Below, piece after piece: positions 41,766-52,449 of a stretch of DNA of 64,000 nucleotides (positions are counted from its first letter, which is position 1; the number at the start of each line of letters is the position of its first letter). The DNA comes from Candidatus Pacearchaeota archaeon (GTDB lineage: Archaea; Nanobdellota; Nanobdellia; Pacearchaeales; GW2011-AR1). The notes below the pieces were generated by a model, which saw nothing but the letters and a program-made list of their open reading frames with translations, was not told where the DNA came from and did not search any database. The position numbers and the translations under genes were made by a program. Location: contig JAWCQE010000001.1 in NCBI GenBank assembly GCA_038869895.1, positions 121,879 through 185,878 on the forward strand, read 5' to 3'.

Positions 41766-42581
41766 TTATTTTTCCTCCCCGGAATTTATTTGACTATTTT
41801 TTAAAAATTTTTCTAATACTTCTTTGTGGTTTGCAGCTTTTCTTAATAAAAATGGGATAGTATCTTTTGATATATAGTTTATATTAACAGCAAGATTTTG
41901 AGCTTTAATATAATTTTCTCGTATTTCATTTAATAATTCTTCTTTGTCAATGGTTAATGTTGTATAAATTTTTCCTGATTTTACATCAAATCCTACTAAA
42001 GGGATAAATCCGACGCTAAAAGGATTAATATCCAGTTTTCCCAATACACTTGCTACATTTTCACTTATTAATTCTCCTTTTTTCACAATAGTTTTTGATT
42101 TCATTATTTCAATCTTTCCACTAGTAACTTTTACCTGCAATCCGAGATTTCCAAATTCACTTACTGCAGGGCCTGCTGGAATTTCAGTTACTCCTGCTTT
42201 AATTTCAATATCTTGATTCGATATTTGCCCTGCCTTTGCTTTTATAGGACTTTTATTTTTATTAATGATACTTGCAAGTTCAAATACATCAAGATCAGAT
42301 ATTAATATAGAACTATCTTCATTAAAATATTCTTTAATTTTTTTTATTTCATTATTATTAGATGCGTCTAATACCCTAAAAAAAGTTCTTTTTTTCAGAA
42401 TTTTTATTATTGATTTATCATTCAAAGATTTTTTTATTTTCTGAAAATTTTTTGCGGGCAACCCTTTAATAGATGCGATTAAAACAGAATTTTTTGAAGA
42501 GATAAGCTCTGCTAATTCTTTTACTTGTTTTAATTTGTAATCTGGAATTTTACGCTTTCTTTTTATCATTTTATATTTCAA
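41766..42581 (-). CDS. rpl10: 50S ribosomal protein L10 (P0)
   Basis: Position in the L1-L10-L12 operon. The L10/P0 core pattern is recognisable (KKRTFFRVL...; GKLDINPFSVGF). Confidence 0.8.
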   Translation of the reverse strand: MKYKMIKRKRKIPDYKLKQVKELAELISSKNSVLIASIKGLPAKNFQKIKKSLNDKSIIKILKKRTFFRVLDASNNNEIKKIKEYFNEDSSILISDLDVFELASIINKNKSPIKAKAGQISNQDIEIKAGVTEIPAGPAVSEFGNLGLQVKVTSGKIEIMKSKTIVKKGELISENVASVLGKLDINPFSVGFIPLVGFDVKSGKIYTTLTIDKEELLNEIRENYIKAQNLAVNINYISKDTIPFLLRKAANHKEVLEKFLKNSQINSGEEK

Positions 42582-43194
42582 TTTTTATTGGTTTTCCCAT
42601 AGTTAATTTAACCATTATATTTTTTACATTCTCTTTCCCATTTGGAAGTTCATTTAAAATTGAAATATAAGCTGATTTAATGTTATCAATTATTTTTTGC
42701 CTCTCCATAGAATACTTTCCAATAGGTATTTTTACTGATGAATCTTTTGTATTTATCTTTATTGACCTATTTATTTTATCTAATATTTTCTTTATTTCAT
42801 CATCATTTTCATTTATTATTATTCCGAGTTTAGGAGAAGGCATCTTTCCTGCAGGGCCTAGGACTCTACCAAAAGTTGTTGCAACAGAAGTCATATTCTT
42901 TTCTGAAGCAATAAAAAAATCATAGTTTTTTACAAGATTTTTTAAATCTTTCTTGTCCTTATATTTTTGAAAAGCGGCTTTAGGTATTGTATCAACAATA
43001 TTACTTTGAGAATCTATAAATGCACATATTTTTTTATCTTTTATTTTATGGGGGAGGATTATAAAGACATTTATAGAATTCTTTTTTAAATCAAATTTCT
43101 TTAAATTTACAATTAATTCAATCGTCTGATCAAATTTTCTCTTTTTTTCTTTACTGAAAAATTCAAAAGCCTGTTCTAACTTCATAACTTCCAT
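42571..43194 (-). CDS. rpl1: 50S ribosomal protein L1
   Basis: FGRVLGPAGKMPSPKLGII is the L1 signature. It sits upstream of L10 and L12. Confidence 0.85.
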   Translation of the reverse strand: MEVMKLEQAFEFFSKEKKRKFDQTIELIVNLKKFDLKKNSINVFIILPHKIKDKKICAFIDSQSNIVDTIPKAAFQKYKDKKDLKNLVKNYDFFIASEKNMTSVATTFGRVLGPAGKMPSPKLGIIINENDDEIKKILDKINRSIKINTKDSSVKIPIGKYSMERQKIIDNIKSAYISILNELPNGKENVKNIMVKLTMGKPIKIEI

Positions 43195-43499
43195 TTTAAA
43201 TGTTTACCAAACTTTTATCTCCTACCTATGCATCCAACACTTACAGAATTTTTTTTAATTCAAATGTGAATGATGTAGTCCGACATTTTATTCCAATATC
43301 CTAACTTTATAAACCTTTCTTGGATTGTATTAATTAATAAAATTATGCATTTTTTGAGTTATTAACCAGTTTAAAATTTAATGTATTTCATATTATAAAA
43401 ATATTATTTTTATGAAATTTTTTTCAAATCCGAAAATATATCTAATAGAATGATTAACTATTAGTAAACACCACTTTCTTATCAAATTTTATATCGTTT

Positions 43500-43946
43500 T
43501 TATCTTTCAAGTTCTTTTAAATATTCTTTTATTCTTTCAATATTTGGTTGTATAATAAATTTCTCAATTTTATCGTTGAATATTTTGTCCAATGATTCGA
43601 ATTCATTTAAATTATAAAGGTTATTGTTTTTTTCAACTATCATTAAATCTCTTAATCTTTTTAACTGCCTCCTTATATTACTTTCTGCAAGTCCTTTAAG
43701 TTCAAGCTTATAATTTTTTCTTAATTCTTCAACTTTAACCCTTATTTCATTTGAGTCAATTTTTTTCTTTTCTTTTTTCTGTTCAATTAAAATATATAAT
43801 ATATCAACGATAGTGTCTCTTGAATCTCCTGGTTGAAGTAATCCAATTGAAAGGCAGATTTTCTTTACTAAATCTCTTTTTTCAAGATTGTATGGTTTTT
43901 CATATTTCCTCAATATGATTTCATTTATGGGAATATCTTTAAACAT
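43500..43946 (-). CDS. Hypothetical protein (possible wHTH DNA-binding)
   Basis: ORF only, K/E-rich. Confidence 0.3.
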   Translation of the reverse strand: MFKDIPINEIILRKYEKPYNLEKRDLVKKICLSIGLLQPGDSRDTIVDILYILIEQKKEKKKIDSNEIRVKVEELRKNYKLELKGLAESNIRRQLKRLRDLMIVEKNNNLYNLNEFESLDKIFNDKIEKFIIQPNIERIKEYLKELER

Positions 43947-43998
43947 TTTATTATTTTTAGATATAAATACTTATAAACATAGCGATATTTCATAAATT

Positions 43999-44349
43999 AT
44001 GGAATTAGTTGCTTTGTTAAGTTCAGGTAAAGGGACATGGGGACAAGTGTCTGGACTGATTAAACGTGGAGAGTGGGATAAAATAATTATCCTTGGCAAT
44101 GATTTTGCGAAGAATTTTTCATGCGAAAAGAAATTCGAATTTATTAATTTAAATCTTGATAAGAAAATAATTGAGTTGAAGAAGGAAATTTTTGATAAAT
44201 TGAGAGGAAAACTTGATGGAACAGAAGTTGCGTTGACAATTGCATCTGGAAATGGAAAAGAACATATGGCGATTATTTCTGCCTTACTTTCTTTGCCTGT
44301 GGGAGTAAGATTTGTTGTGTTAACAAAAGAAGGAATAATTTATTTGTAA
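43999..44349 (+). CDS. Hypothetical protein
   Basis: ORF only. Confidence 0.3.
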   Translation: MELVALLSSGKGTWGQVSGLIKRGEWDKIIILGNDFAKNFSCEKKFEFINLNLDKKIIELKKEIFDKLRGKLDGTEVALTIASGNGKEHMAIISALLSLPVGVRFVVLTKEGIIYL

Positions 44350-44621
44350 AAAATAAAAAAGAAATAGACCCAATATCAAAAATAAAAAATAATTTATTTT
44401 AAGAAGATTTATCTTCTTTTTTTCTTTGCTGCCTTTTTTTTTGCCATTTTCAAAAACCTCTTTTTAAATTAATTATATTTAATAACGAATTATTATTTAA
44501 ATATCTTTCTATATTAAAAGATTTTTTTCTTAAGGTAATCTTTTTCGTCGATAAAATTTAAAAATTAATTAATAAAAAATAATTTTTTCTACAATTTTTT
44601 AGTAGATTTTATTAAAAACTT

Positions 44622-46043
44622 TTAAAGTGCAATTATCCAACTTAATAAAAGTGCAAAGAGTATGAACAATAATATTATAACTATCCATTTATAAACTGCT
44701 TTTGATATTTTTTCTGATTTCGTCAAGCTTAAAATTGCAAGATAAAAAAATCTCCCTCCATCTAAAATTCCGACTGGAAGCATATTGAATAAAGCAACAA
44801 AAAAATTTATTACTACTATCCACCAAATTAGATAATATATAAAGACGAGAAAATTATTTTTTTCACTATAATATATCGCAGGTTCTTTGAAGAAAAGGGT
44901 ATTTGAAACAATTCTTCTAAATCCCTTAGAATCTACGGCATTTATATTTATTCCAAGGAAAGCTTTTTCTTTATTTATTGGATTTTCTACTAATATAATT
45001 TCATATGTATTTACTTTATTTTTTTCTATAGTTTCTATTATTATATTATCTCCTGGTTTTTTTACGGATAAAATTAAATTCAAATCTTCAATTGATTTTA
45101 TTTTATTGCCGTCGATTTTTGAAATTGCCCCACTGAGGTTATTTTTTAATGCAGGAGAATCAAAATAGAGTCTTAAAATACCTAGGTTATTTTGTTCATT
45201 GTATTTAATTTGCTCCCGCAGAATTTTTGGAGGGATTAAATAATTTTTATCATTTGAATTTATACTTACAAAATTTTCGTTGTCATCAAATATAAAGTTT
45301 CCATCAAATTCTATACCATTGATGCTTTTTATCTCATTTATTGGAACTAAAGACGAAGCGTATGAATATATTATGATACCAGAAGGTTCAAAGGCAAAAA
45401 CGAACACGCCCCATAAAAAAAGAAAAAAAATTCCAGCAGTTATTATATTTGCAAAAACTCCTGCTGAGAGTATCGACATTTGTTCAAAATTTTTTTTCTT
45501 TGCCATTTTTATTTCATCCGGTTCAACGAATGCGCCGAGAATAGGACCTAAAAATGCAAAACCTGTACTTTTTATTTTTACATTATGGTATTTAGCAAAA
45601 ATTCCGTGTGAAAATTCATGAACTACTGCCACTACTAATATTGCTATTATCCAATATGTGAAATATAATGGAGGGAAAAAACTTTGCAATCCAAATATCG
45701 ATGGAAAATATGGTATTAAGGGAAGTAGTGGAGGTGCTTTTACAATATCTGTTATTTGTGGAAATTTTACATATGTATATAAAGTCATAAGAAATAAGAA
45801 TAAAATTGAAATCATAAGTATAAATCCTGTTGCTACTGAGAGATATTTAGAAATTTTTATTGTCTTTCTATATTTTTTCCCGACGTAATTAATAAATTTT
45901 ATCCCAAGTTTTGTCCTATATAGGTAGATTATTCCTTCTCTTTTTAAATTATGCTTTCTCGTATAAAGAAACCAGATAACCCAGATTGTAAATATTATGA
46001 GAAACAAAATATCATAGAATAAAAAATTATTTAAAATACTCAT
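44622..46043 (-). CDS. Site-2 protease family (M50) intramembrane metalloprotease with PDZ-like insert
   Basis: HEFSHGIFAKYH provides the HExxH motif inside a TM helix. Multiple TM helices surround it. A central soluble insert is consistent with a PDZ domain. Confidence 0.7.
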   Translation of the reverse strand: MSILNNFLFYDILFLIIFTIWVIWFLYTRKHNLKREGIIYLYRTKLGIKFINYVGKKYRKTIKISKYLSVATGFILMISILFLFLMTLYTYVKFPQITDIVKAPPLLPLIPYFPSIFGLQSFFPPLYFTYWIIAILVVAVVHEFSHGIFAKYHNVKIKSTGFAFLGPILGAFVEPDEIKMAKKKNFEQMSILSAGVFANIITAGIFFLFLWGVFVFAFEPSGIIIYSYASSLVPINEIKSINGIEFDGNFIFDDNENFVSINSNDKNYLIPPKILREQIKYNEQNNLGILRLYFDSPALKNNLSGAISKIDGNKIKSIEDLNLILSVKKPGDNIIIETIEKNKVNTYEIILVENPINKEKAFLGININAVDSKGFRRIVSNTLFFKEPAIYYSEKNNFLVFIYYLIWWIVVINFFVALFNMLPVGILDGGRFFYLAILSLTKSEKISKAVYKWIVIILLFILFALLLSWIIAL

Positions 46044-46044
46044 T

Positions 46045-46206
46045 TTAGTGCTTTTTCATTGCTCTGAATGCTTTTCCAGAACATCTCCTGCATTTAATTT
46101 TACCACTAAGTATTTTTTTTGAATCTAATCTAACCTTTAATCCACATTTTTTACATAAAAATACATTCTTAAACAATCTTTGCTGGGCCGCCATTAGTTT
46201 TGCCAT
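46045..46206 (-). CDS. rpl40e: 50S ribosomal protein L40e
   Basis: Hand-translated 53-aa ORF MAKLMAAQQRLFKNVFLCKKCGLKVRL...KCRRCSGKAFRAMKKH matches the L40e C4 zinc-ribbon pattern. Its start overlaps the aIF5A stop by 1 nt (TAATG). Not in the ORF track. Confidence 0.65.
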   Translation of the reverse strand: MAKLMAAQQRLFKNVFLCKKCGLKVRLDSKKILSGKIKCRRCSGKAFRAMKKH

Positions 46207-46595
46207 TATAATCTTCTCTTTATTATTTTTTTACCATCTATTTCCCAGTATTCGATTTCATCTCCTTCATTTATTCCTTCTTCAATTTCACTATCTAATG
46301 TTAAGTCGAAATTCTCGTAGCTCTCTATGTCCATTACATTTATATCATTGTTTTTTATCGAAAGAACTTGAGCTTTTCTTTTGTTGATTAACGGAACTTC
46401 AAACCTTTCATGTCCGGGTCTTGCAATGACTCTTTTTTTTCCATCTATAATTCCTGTGGCTTCTATTCTTGCTTTTGCATGTCCATGTTTTCCAGTCTTG
46501 CTTATATCAATACTTTTGACAATGCATGGCTCTCCGTCAATAATTATGGCGCTTCCACTTCTTACACTAGTTGCATCAATAATTTTATAAGCCAT
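46206..46595 (-). CDS. eif5a: Translation initiation factor 5A (aIF-5A)
   Basis: Hypusination loop STSKTGKHGHAK, reading MAYKIIDATSV...IDGEPCIVKSIDISKTGKHGHAKARI. Start moved to the internal Met (MAYK...), which gives the conserved aIF5A N-terminus. Confidence 0.85.
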   Translation of the reverse strand: MAYKIIDATSVRSGSAIIIDGEPCIVKSIDISKTGKHGHAKARIEATGIIDGKKRVIARPGHERFEVPLINKRKAQVLSIKNNDINVMDIESYENFDLTLDSEIEEGINEGDEIEYWEIDGKKIIKRRL

Positions 46596-46645
46596 GATAG
46601 TTTTGGGAAAAATATATTTATAAATATTGCCTTTCATAATGAAAA

Positions 46646-47290
46646 ATGGAAACAATAAAAAAAGATGATTTTGTTGAAATTAAATTCACTGGAAGAGTTA
46701 GAGATAGTGAAATATTTGACACAAATATAGAAGAAGATGCTGAAAAAATTGGACTTAAAATAGAAAAAAAACCATTTATAATATGCATAGGACAGAGAAT
46801 GGTTATTGAAGGACTTGATAAAGAACTCGATGGAAAAGAAATAGGAAAAAAATATAATGTAATATTAACTCCGAAGGAATCTTTTGGCGAAAGAAGAAGA
46901 GAATTAATTAATTTAATCCCAATGAAAGCATTTGCTGAAAAGAATGTTTTTCCAAAACCTGGAATGACACTTACTTTAGATAATCATTTAGTACGTATTG
47001 TGAGCGTTTCTGGTGGGAGGGTTTTAGTAGATTTTAATAATCCTTTAGCTGGAAAAGAAATTGTTTATGATTTTATAATTAAAAGGAAAATTGATAACTT
47101 AAATGAGAAAATAGATTCTTTGCTTAATTATTTTATATATAAAAATTTTATGAAGGAGAAGATTGATTTTAAATTAATTGATGGAAAAGTAGTTTTTGAG
47201 ACAGATAAATTTTTCACTCCATTGATAGAAATGATTGGAAAAAAATTTAGTGATATCCTTGGAGTAGAATTTTCAATTACAGAGATTTAA
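46646..47290 (+). CDS. FKBP-type peptidyl-prolyl cis-trans isomerase (SlyD-like, with IF insert)
   Basis: FVEIKFTGRVRDSEIFDT...ICIGQRMVIEGLDKEL...YDF matches the FKBP core. Confidence 0.75.
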   Translation: METIKKDDFVEIKFTGRVRDSEIFDTNIEEDAEKIGLKIEKKPFIICIGQRMVIEGLDKELDGKEIGKKYNVILTPKESFGERRRELINLIPMKAFAEKNVFPKPGMTLTLDNHLVRIVSVSGGRVLVDFNNPLAGKEIVYDFIIKRKIDNLNEKIDSLLNYFIYKNFMKEKIDFKLIDGKVVFETDKFFTPLIEMIGKKFSDILGVEFSITEI

Positions 47291-47364
47291 GAAACTGAAA
47301 AACCTGTGAAAAGTCTTTGAAATTTAACCACAATAAACCTTATAAATTAATCGCTTTTAACTAA

Positions 47365-48495
47365 ATGATGGATGAAGAAAAAGAGGAATTATCCTACTCT
47401 AGCAAAGGTTTCCAGCATTATTCTTCAAGTAACGAAGAACTTGCTTCAATTGATAGGGAATTAGAAGAACTTATTAAAAAACAAAATGCAAAAATTAAAG
47501 TTGTCGGTATAGGTGGTGGCGGGAATAATACTTTGAGTAGGATATATGAGATAGGTGTAAAAGGAGGAGAGATGATAGCGATGAATACAGACGCTCAAGA
47601 TTTGCTTTATACTAACTCTGATAAAAAAATTCTTTTAGGGAGAGAGTTAACGCGGGGATTAGGGGCCGGAAGCAATCCACAAATAGGAGAAGAAGCTGCA
47701 AAAGAAACGGAACATGAAATAAAAAAGAAACTTGAAGGGGCAGATATGGTTTTTATAACCTGTGGATTGGGGGGGGGAACAGGAACTGGTGCTGCGCCGA
47801 TAGTTGCTGATATAGCTAAAAAACAAGGTTCTCTCGTTATAGGAGTTGTTACAATGCCATTTACAATTGAAGGAGAAAAGAGAATAGAAAATGCGCTAAT
47901 GGGCCTTGAAAAACTTGAGAATATTGTTGATACATTAATAGTAATTCCAAATGATAAACTTCTCGAAATAGTGCCAGATCTTCCACTTCAGACTGCATTT
48001 AAAGTTGCAGATGAGATTCTTACAAATGCGGTTAAAGGAATAGCTGAGATGGTTACAAAAGCGGGATTAGTCAATCTTGATTTTGCTGATATTAAAACAA
48101 TAATGTCAAATGGAGGAGTTTCATTAATAGGAGTCGGTGAGTCAGATTCAGAGAGGAGAGCATTTGAGGCTGTTGACAAAGCACTTAATAATCCTTTACT
48201 TGATGTTGATATTTCAAATTCAAAAGGAGCCCTTGTAAATATCGTCGGAGGGCCTGACTTGAGTTTAGAAGAATCAAAAATTGTTATGGAAGAAGTTGGA
48301 AAAAATTTGGGGGACAATGCAAGAATGATTTGGGGGGCCCAAATATCTCAGGATATGGAAAAGACTGTAAGAGTGACAGTTATAATAACAGGAGTAAAAA
48401 GTCCGCAGATTTTGGGATATAGACGCGAAACTACAAAAGAAGAACGTATGAAATCAGAACTTTCAAATGAACTCGGCATTAAATTTCTTAAGTGA
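47365..48495 (+). CDS. ftsZ: Cell division GTPase FtsZ
   Basis: Tubulin signature GGGTGTG sits in [17 protein letters not shown]. Also [10 protein letters not shown] and the T7 loop region. Confidence 0.95.
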   Translation: MMDEEKEELSYSSKGFQHYSSSNEELASIDRELEELIKKQNAKIKVVGIGGGGNNTLSRIYEIGVKGGEMIAMNTDAQDLLYTNSDKKILLGRELTRGLGAGSNPQIGEEAAKETEHEIKKKLEGADMVFITCGLGGGTGTGAAPIVADIAKKQGSLVIGVVTMPFTIEGEKRIENALMGLEKLENIVDTLIVIPNDKLLEIVPDLPLQTAFKVADEILTNAVKGIAEMVTKAGLVNLDFADIKTIMSNGGVSLIGVGESDSERRAFEAVDKALNNPLLDVDISNSKGALVNIVGGPDLSLEESKIVMEEVGKNLGDNARMIWGAQISQDMEKTVRVTVIITGVKSPQILGYRRETTKEERMKSELSNELGIKFLK

Positions 48496-48692
48496 TTTAA
48501 ATAGATAATTTATTCATATTTTTTATTTTATTATAGGTTAATATATTTGTAATTAATTAAGAATGCAAAAATGGGTGTAATTTACTTATTATATTAATAT
48601 TAAAATTAACAATAGTTTGTATCGTAGGTTGTTTATGATAATATCATCCAAAATTTAAAAATCTTTAAATACTCCTCATGATTTAATTTTTC

Positions 48693-48869
48693 ATGACATT
48701 TGATTTCAAATCATTTTTCAATAAATGCATCAGAGTATGGCACCTTTTGAAAAAACCCACAAGAGAAGAATTTATTTTAATAGCCAAAATTTCAGCAGTT
48801 GGCATAGTAATCATGGGGTTGGCAGGATTTTTAATTTCAACTGTAGTAAGATCAATCCTTCCAAGATAA
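48693..48869 (+). CDS. secE: Protein translocase subunit SecE (Sec61 gamma)
   Basis: Hand-translated 58-aa ORF ...LLKKPTREEFILIAKISAVGIVIMGLAGFLIS... It sits immediately upstream of spt5-rpl11, the canonical secE-nusG-L11 order. Not in the ORF track. Confidence 0.7.
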   Translation: MTFDFKSFFNKCIRVWHLLKKPTREEFILIAKISAVGIVIMGLAGFLISTVVRSILPR

Positions 48870-49037
48870 CATTAATTTATTATATTAATGAGTTGTTTTA
48901 ACCAATAATAAGTTATTGATTCTCCAAATAAATAATTTTTTTTACAATGTTCACCAAAAGTTTAATAAATACTACTAAACATTTAAAAATACTACTTCTA
49001 ATCTATTGGAAGTAGAGATAGATTTACTGGAGTTTAA

Positions 49038-49508
49038 ATGATTTTTGTTGTTAAAGTAACCACAAACAAAGAAGATAAAATAGTTGAAATGATAGCTTCG
49101 CAAGTTATGAAGAAGAGGCTTTATGTTTATGCAGTTGTTAGGCCAAAGGGACTTAGAGGATATGTATTACTTGAAGCAAGAGATAGGGATAGTGCAGAAG
49201 AAGCATGCTTTAATCTCCCTTATGTAAAGGGAATTATAGGGAAAACAGTCGAATATGATGAGATAAAAAATATGGTTGAGCCAAAAATAAGCGTAATTAA
49301 TATTGAGAAAGAAGATATTGTTGAAATTTTGTCAGACCCCTTTAAAAAAGAGAAAGCCAAAGTTGTTAGGATTGATAAACAGAAGGGAGAAGTAGTGGTA
49401 AGTCTTCTCGGAGCTGTTGTACAAATTCCTTTAACCCTCCCAATAGAGAATGTGAAAGTAATAAGAAGAAACATTGATAAAGCAGAGGAGATAAAAAATG
49501 ATAGTTAA
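49038..49508 (+). CDS. spt5: Transcription elongation factor Spt5 (NusG)
   Basis: NGN domain (IFVVKVTTNKEDKIVEMIA...YVLLEA) plus a KOW motif (KAKVVRIDKQKGEVVVSL). It overlaps the L11 start. Confidence 0.85.
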   Translation: MIFVVKVTTNKEDKIVEMIASQVMKKRLYVYAVVRPKGLRGYVLLEARDRDSAEEACFNLPYVKGIIGKTVEYDEIKNMVEPKISVINIEKEDIVEILSDPFKKEKAKVVRIDKQKGEVVVSLLGAVVQIPLTLPIENVKVIRRNIDKAEEIKNDS

Positions 49509-50169
49509 ACTTCTTATAGAAGGGGGAAATATGGCTCCCTCTCCTGTAATTGCACAGCAATTAGGTCCTATTGGAATAAATATCGGACAATTAATTTCAA
49601 AAGTTAATGAGGCTACAAAGGAGTTTAAGGGAATTAAAGTTCCAGTTGAATTAGATATTGATCCAGGAAAGAAAAATTTTACTATAAATATTAAATCCCC
49701 TCCTGTTGCAGAATTAATTAAAAAAGAGTTGGGTTTGGAAAAAGGTTCTGGAGACCATAAAAATCTTAAGGTAGGCAATATTGCTATTGAACAAATTATT
49801 AAAATAGCAAAAATGAAGCTTCCTGAAATGCTTGAAAGAGATTTGAAGGCAATGGTTAAAACAATTGTAGGGTGTTGTGTAAGTTTAGGAGTTTTAATTG
49901 ACAATAAAAATCCTATTGATGTTGAAAGAGAAATTTCAGAAGGCAGATATGATAGAGAAATAAAGAGTGAAAAGACAGAAGTGGATGATAAAAAGAAGAA
50001 AGAACTTGATAGATTCTTTTCTGATATAAAAAGAAAGCAAGATGCCAGACTAAAAGCTGAAGAAGAGGCGAAAGCGGCTAAAGAATCTAAAGAGACTACT
50101 ACAAAAGTAGAAAAAGATAATATGGATAAAACAAAAGTAAAGACAATAACAGAAACAAAGAAAAAATAG
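49498..50169 (+). CDS. rpl11: 50S ribosomal protein L11 (with lysine/glutamate-rich C-terminal extension)
   Basis: IVKLLIEGGNMAPSPVIAQQLGPIGINI...NIKSPPVAELIKK is the L11 signature. A ~70-aa K/E-rich tail is unusual. Confidence 0.9.
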   Translation: MIVKLLIEGGNMAPSPVIAQQLGPIGINIGQLISKVNEATKEFKGIKVPVELDIDPGKKNFTINIKSPPVAELIKKELGLEKGSGDHKNLKVGNIAIEQIIKIAKMKLPEMLERDLKAMVKTIVGCCVSLGVLIDNKNPIDVEREISEGRYDREIKSEKTEVDDKKKKELDRFFSDIKRKQDARLKAEEEAKAAKESKETTTKVEKDNMDKTKVKTITETKKK

Positions 50170-50337
50170 ATTTTTTACAATATTTTATCTAACGGAAATA
50201 AATTTGTTAAATAAGAATTGACAGATTAATTTAAAATAATTTATGTGGGGGAATTACTTTTGATAATTTGTAATTAAATCCATTAAATCCTACAGCAAGA
50301 TTTATTAATGAAATAAAATCATAGAAATTATATATTT

Positions 50338-50411
50338 GGGGCCATGGGCTAGTCTGGTTATGCTTCGAGGTTTGGGACTTCGCGACCCCGGTTCAAATCC
50401 GGGTGGCCCCA
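50338..50411 (+). tRNA. tRNA-Pro (anticodon TGG)
   Basis: Folded by hand. Acceptor GGGGCCA/TGGCCCC, anticodon loop TTTGGGA, T-stem/loop CCCGG TTCAAAT CCGGG. Confidence 0.8.
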
Positions 50412-50440
50412 TTTTCAGAGCCAATCATTTAAAAAATTTA

Positions 50441-50989
50441 TTAGTTAATAGATTTTCTTTTTTCAAGTATTTTTTTTAACTTCAACCATTTATCTTTGCT
50501 TACAATATATCCTATACAATTTTCAGCTTTGCAATAGCATGGGTGTTTCTCAAAATCATCAATATTATATCCATAGTCATAACTTAATTCTTCGCCATTT
50601 TTTATATTCCTTAGTGATTTAATCCAGATTTTTCCGTTAATAATTTCTGCTTCGCAGTTTGGATTGCATGAATGATTTATAAATCTGGCAGAGTTATATG
50701 GAACATTGCCATCTATATCATATTTTTTATTAAGTTCAAAAATATAAACCGCCCCTTTATTTTTATCAGATTTATTTTTTTTAAAATCCCTTTTTGCGAT
50801 TTTTTCAGACGCTTTTTTTGTAATTTTTCTGCCGATATATTCTATAATTTTCGTTCCTTTTGGAATGTCTTTAACTGCAAAAACTCCAAAATTATGTATG
50901 GAAGAATTTTTTATTTCAATAAATTCATTTGTTGTTCGAATTTCTTTATTTTTAATCTCGTTATTTTTTTGTATATTTATTTGTTTCAT
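50441..50989 (-). CDS. SET-domain protein (putative protein lysine methyltransferase)
   Basis: SET motifs NHSCNPNC and ELSYDYG are present. A post-SET Cys cluster (CYCKAENCIGY) follows. Confidence 0.8.
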   Translation of the reverse strand: MKQINIQKNNEIKNKEIRTTNEFIEIKNSSIHNFGVFAVKDIPKGTKIIEYIGRKITKKASEKIAKRDFKKNKSDKNKGAVYIFELNKKYDIDGNVPYNSARFINHSCNPNCEAEIINGKIWIKSLRNIKNGEELSYDYGYNIDDFEKHPCYCKAENCIGYIVSKDKWLKLKKILEKRKSIN

Positions 50990-51070
50990 ATTTAAATTTA
51001 AAAAATTTTATTATTAATCAGAAATTTTTTATTTAAAAAGTTTTATAAATATTCTATAAATATTTAATTT

Positions 51071-51994
51071 ATGAATAAAGTTCATATTTTGCTGTTTTAT
51101 AAGTTTGTAGATATAAAATATCCCGAAACATTTAGAAAAAGACATTTAAAATTACTAAATATCCTTGGTGTTAAAGGAAGGGTTCTAATCGCTAAAGAAG
51201 GGATAAATGGAAGCATTTCTGGGAGCAGGGAACAGATTGAAAAATACAAAGAAGAATTAAAAAAGGATAAAAGATTTGAAGATATAACTTTTAAGGAAGA
51301 AGTAGGATTAGAACATCCTTTTAGAAGAACGAAAGTCTTAGTAAGGAAGGAAATTGTTGCAATAGGAAAAAAAATTGATTTGAACAATAAGGCTCCTTAT
51401 ATTTCTGCAGAGGAACTTAAACAATTATATGGTTCTGGCGCGGACTTTGTAATTTTAGATGCAAGGAATTATTATGAATATGAAGTTGGTAAATTTGAAA
51501 GTGCAATTCACCTTAATATTAAAACATTTCGCGAATTTCCACAAGCTATTAGAAAAATTGAAAATTTAAAAGATAAAAAAATAATAACTTATTGCACAGG
51601 CGGTATTAGATGCGAGAAAGCCAGTGCTGTTTTAAAATTGAATGGTTTTAAAGAGGTTTATCAATTGAAGGACGGGATAATTAACTTTGCACAAAAATTT
51701 CCAAATACCTATTGGGTAGGGAAATGTTTCGTTTTTGATAAGAGGCTCGTGAGTGATGTCAATAATACTGGGGAGACGATAAGTAATTGTCTTACTTGCA
51801 ATGTTTCAAGTGATTTATATAGAAACTGCAGAAATATTCATTGTGACAGACTATTTATTCAGTGCAAAAAATGTCAAGAAAGTTTTAGTGGTTGTTGTTC
51901 AAAAGAATGTCTTGAAGTATTTAAAATCCAATGCTTAGTTAAAAGTATTAAGAATCAAGGAAGAAAAATAAAGGAGAATGAAACATTAGAATAA
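51071..51994 (+). CDS. trhO: Rhodanese-domain tRNA uridine(34) hydroxylase TrhO/YceA family (UPF0176)
   Basis: Near end-to-end similarity to YceA. Matching blocks include AKEGINGSISG, DARNYYEYEVGKFE, CTGGIRCEKAS, GKCFVFDKRL and a C-terminal Cys cluster ending LFIQC..C....GCCS.EC. Confidence 0.85.
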   Translation: MNKVHILLFYKFVDIKYPETFRKRHLKLLNILGVKGRVLIAKEGINGSISGSREQIEKYKEELKKDKRFEDITFKEEVGLEHPFRRTKVLVRKEIVAIGKKIDLNNKAPYISAEELKQLYGSGADFVILDARNYYEYEVGKFESAIHLNIKTFREFPQAIRKIENLKDKKIITYCTGGIRCEKASAVLKLNGFKEVYQLKDGIINFAQKFPNTYWVGKCFVFDKRLVSDVNNTGETISNCLTCNVSSDLYRNCRNIHCDRLFIQCKKCQESFSGCCSKECLEVFKIQCLVKSIKNQGRKIKENETLE

Positions 51995-52449
51995 ATTTTT
52001 AATTATTTGGTTATTTTTTATGTATTTTATAAGAAGAATAGTTCTTTATTTTACCTCACTCTTAGGGTTCTTATTTAAAGAACATTTCCTATTCGTAGGC
52101 AAGGCATCATTTTAAAATTTTTTATCTTCATTAACCACGATTATACTTTTGTTTCCATACTTAAAACAATTCTAATATTGCTAAATTATATATGACTTAT
52201 CTATATAAAGCAGAACAATATTTATCAATAATTCTGGCTGGTAAAAGATGAGATACTCTTTCTAATCTCCCTTAACAATTTTAGTTTTATATTATGGTAT
52301 TAGTTTTAATTATCTATTCTTCTGATGCACCTATATCAAACTTCACGAAAATTGTGTGGAATAAATGTTCACATCCACTGCAGTTGCCTCTGTCTGAGAA
52401 CTAATCTTTTTTAAGACAAATTCCTAATTCTTCTTTTGAAACTTTTATT

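Noticed and set aside
52310-52400. Possible C/D-box sRNA (UGAUGC … CUGA about 70 nt apart)
   Set aside because: The C box is imperfect. No clear C'/D' boxes or terminal stem are present. The separation is longer than typical archaeal C/D RNAs.
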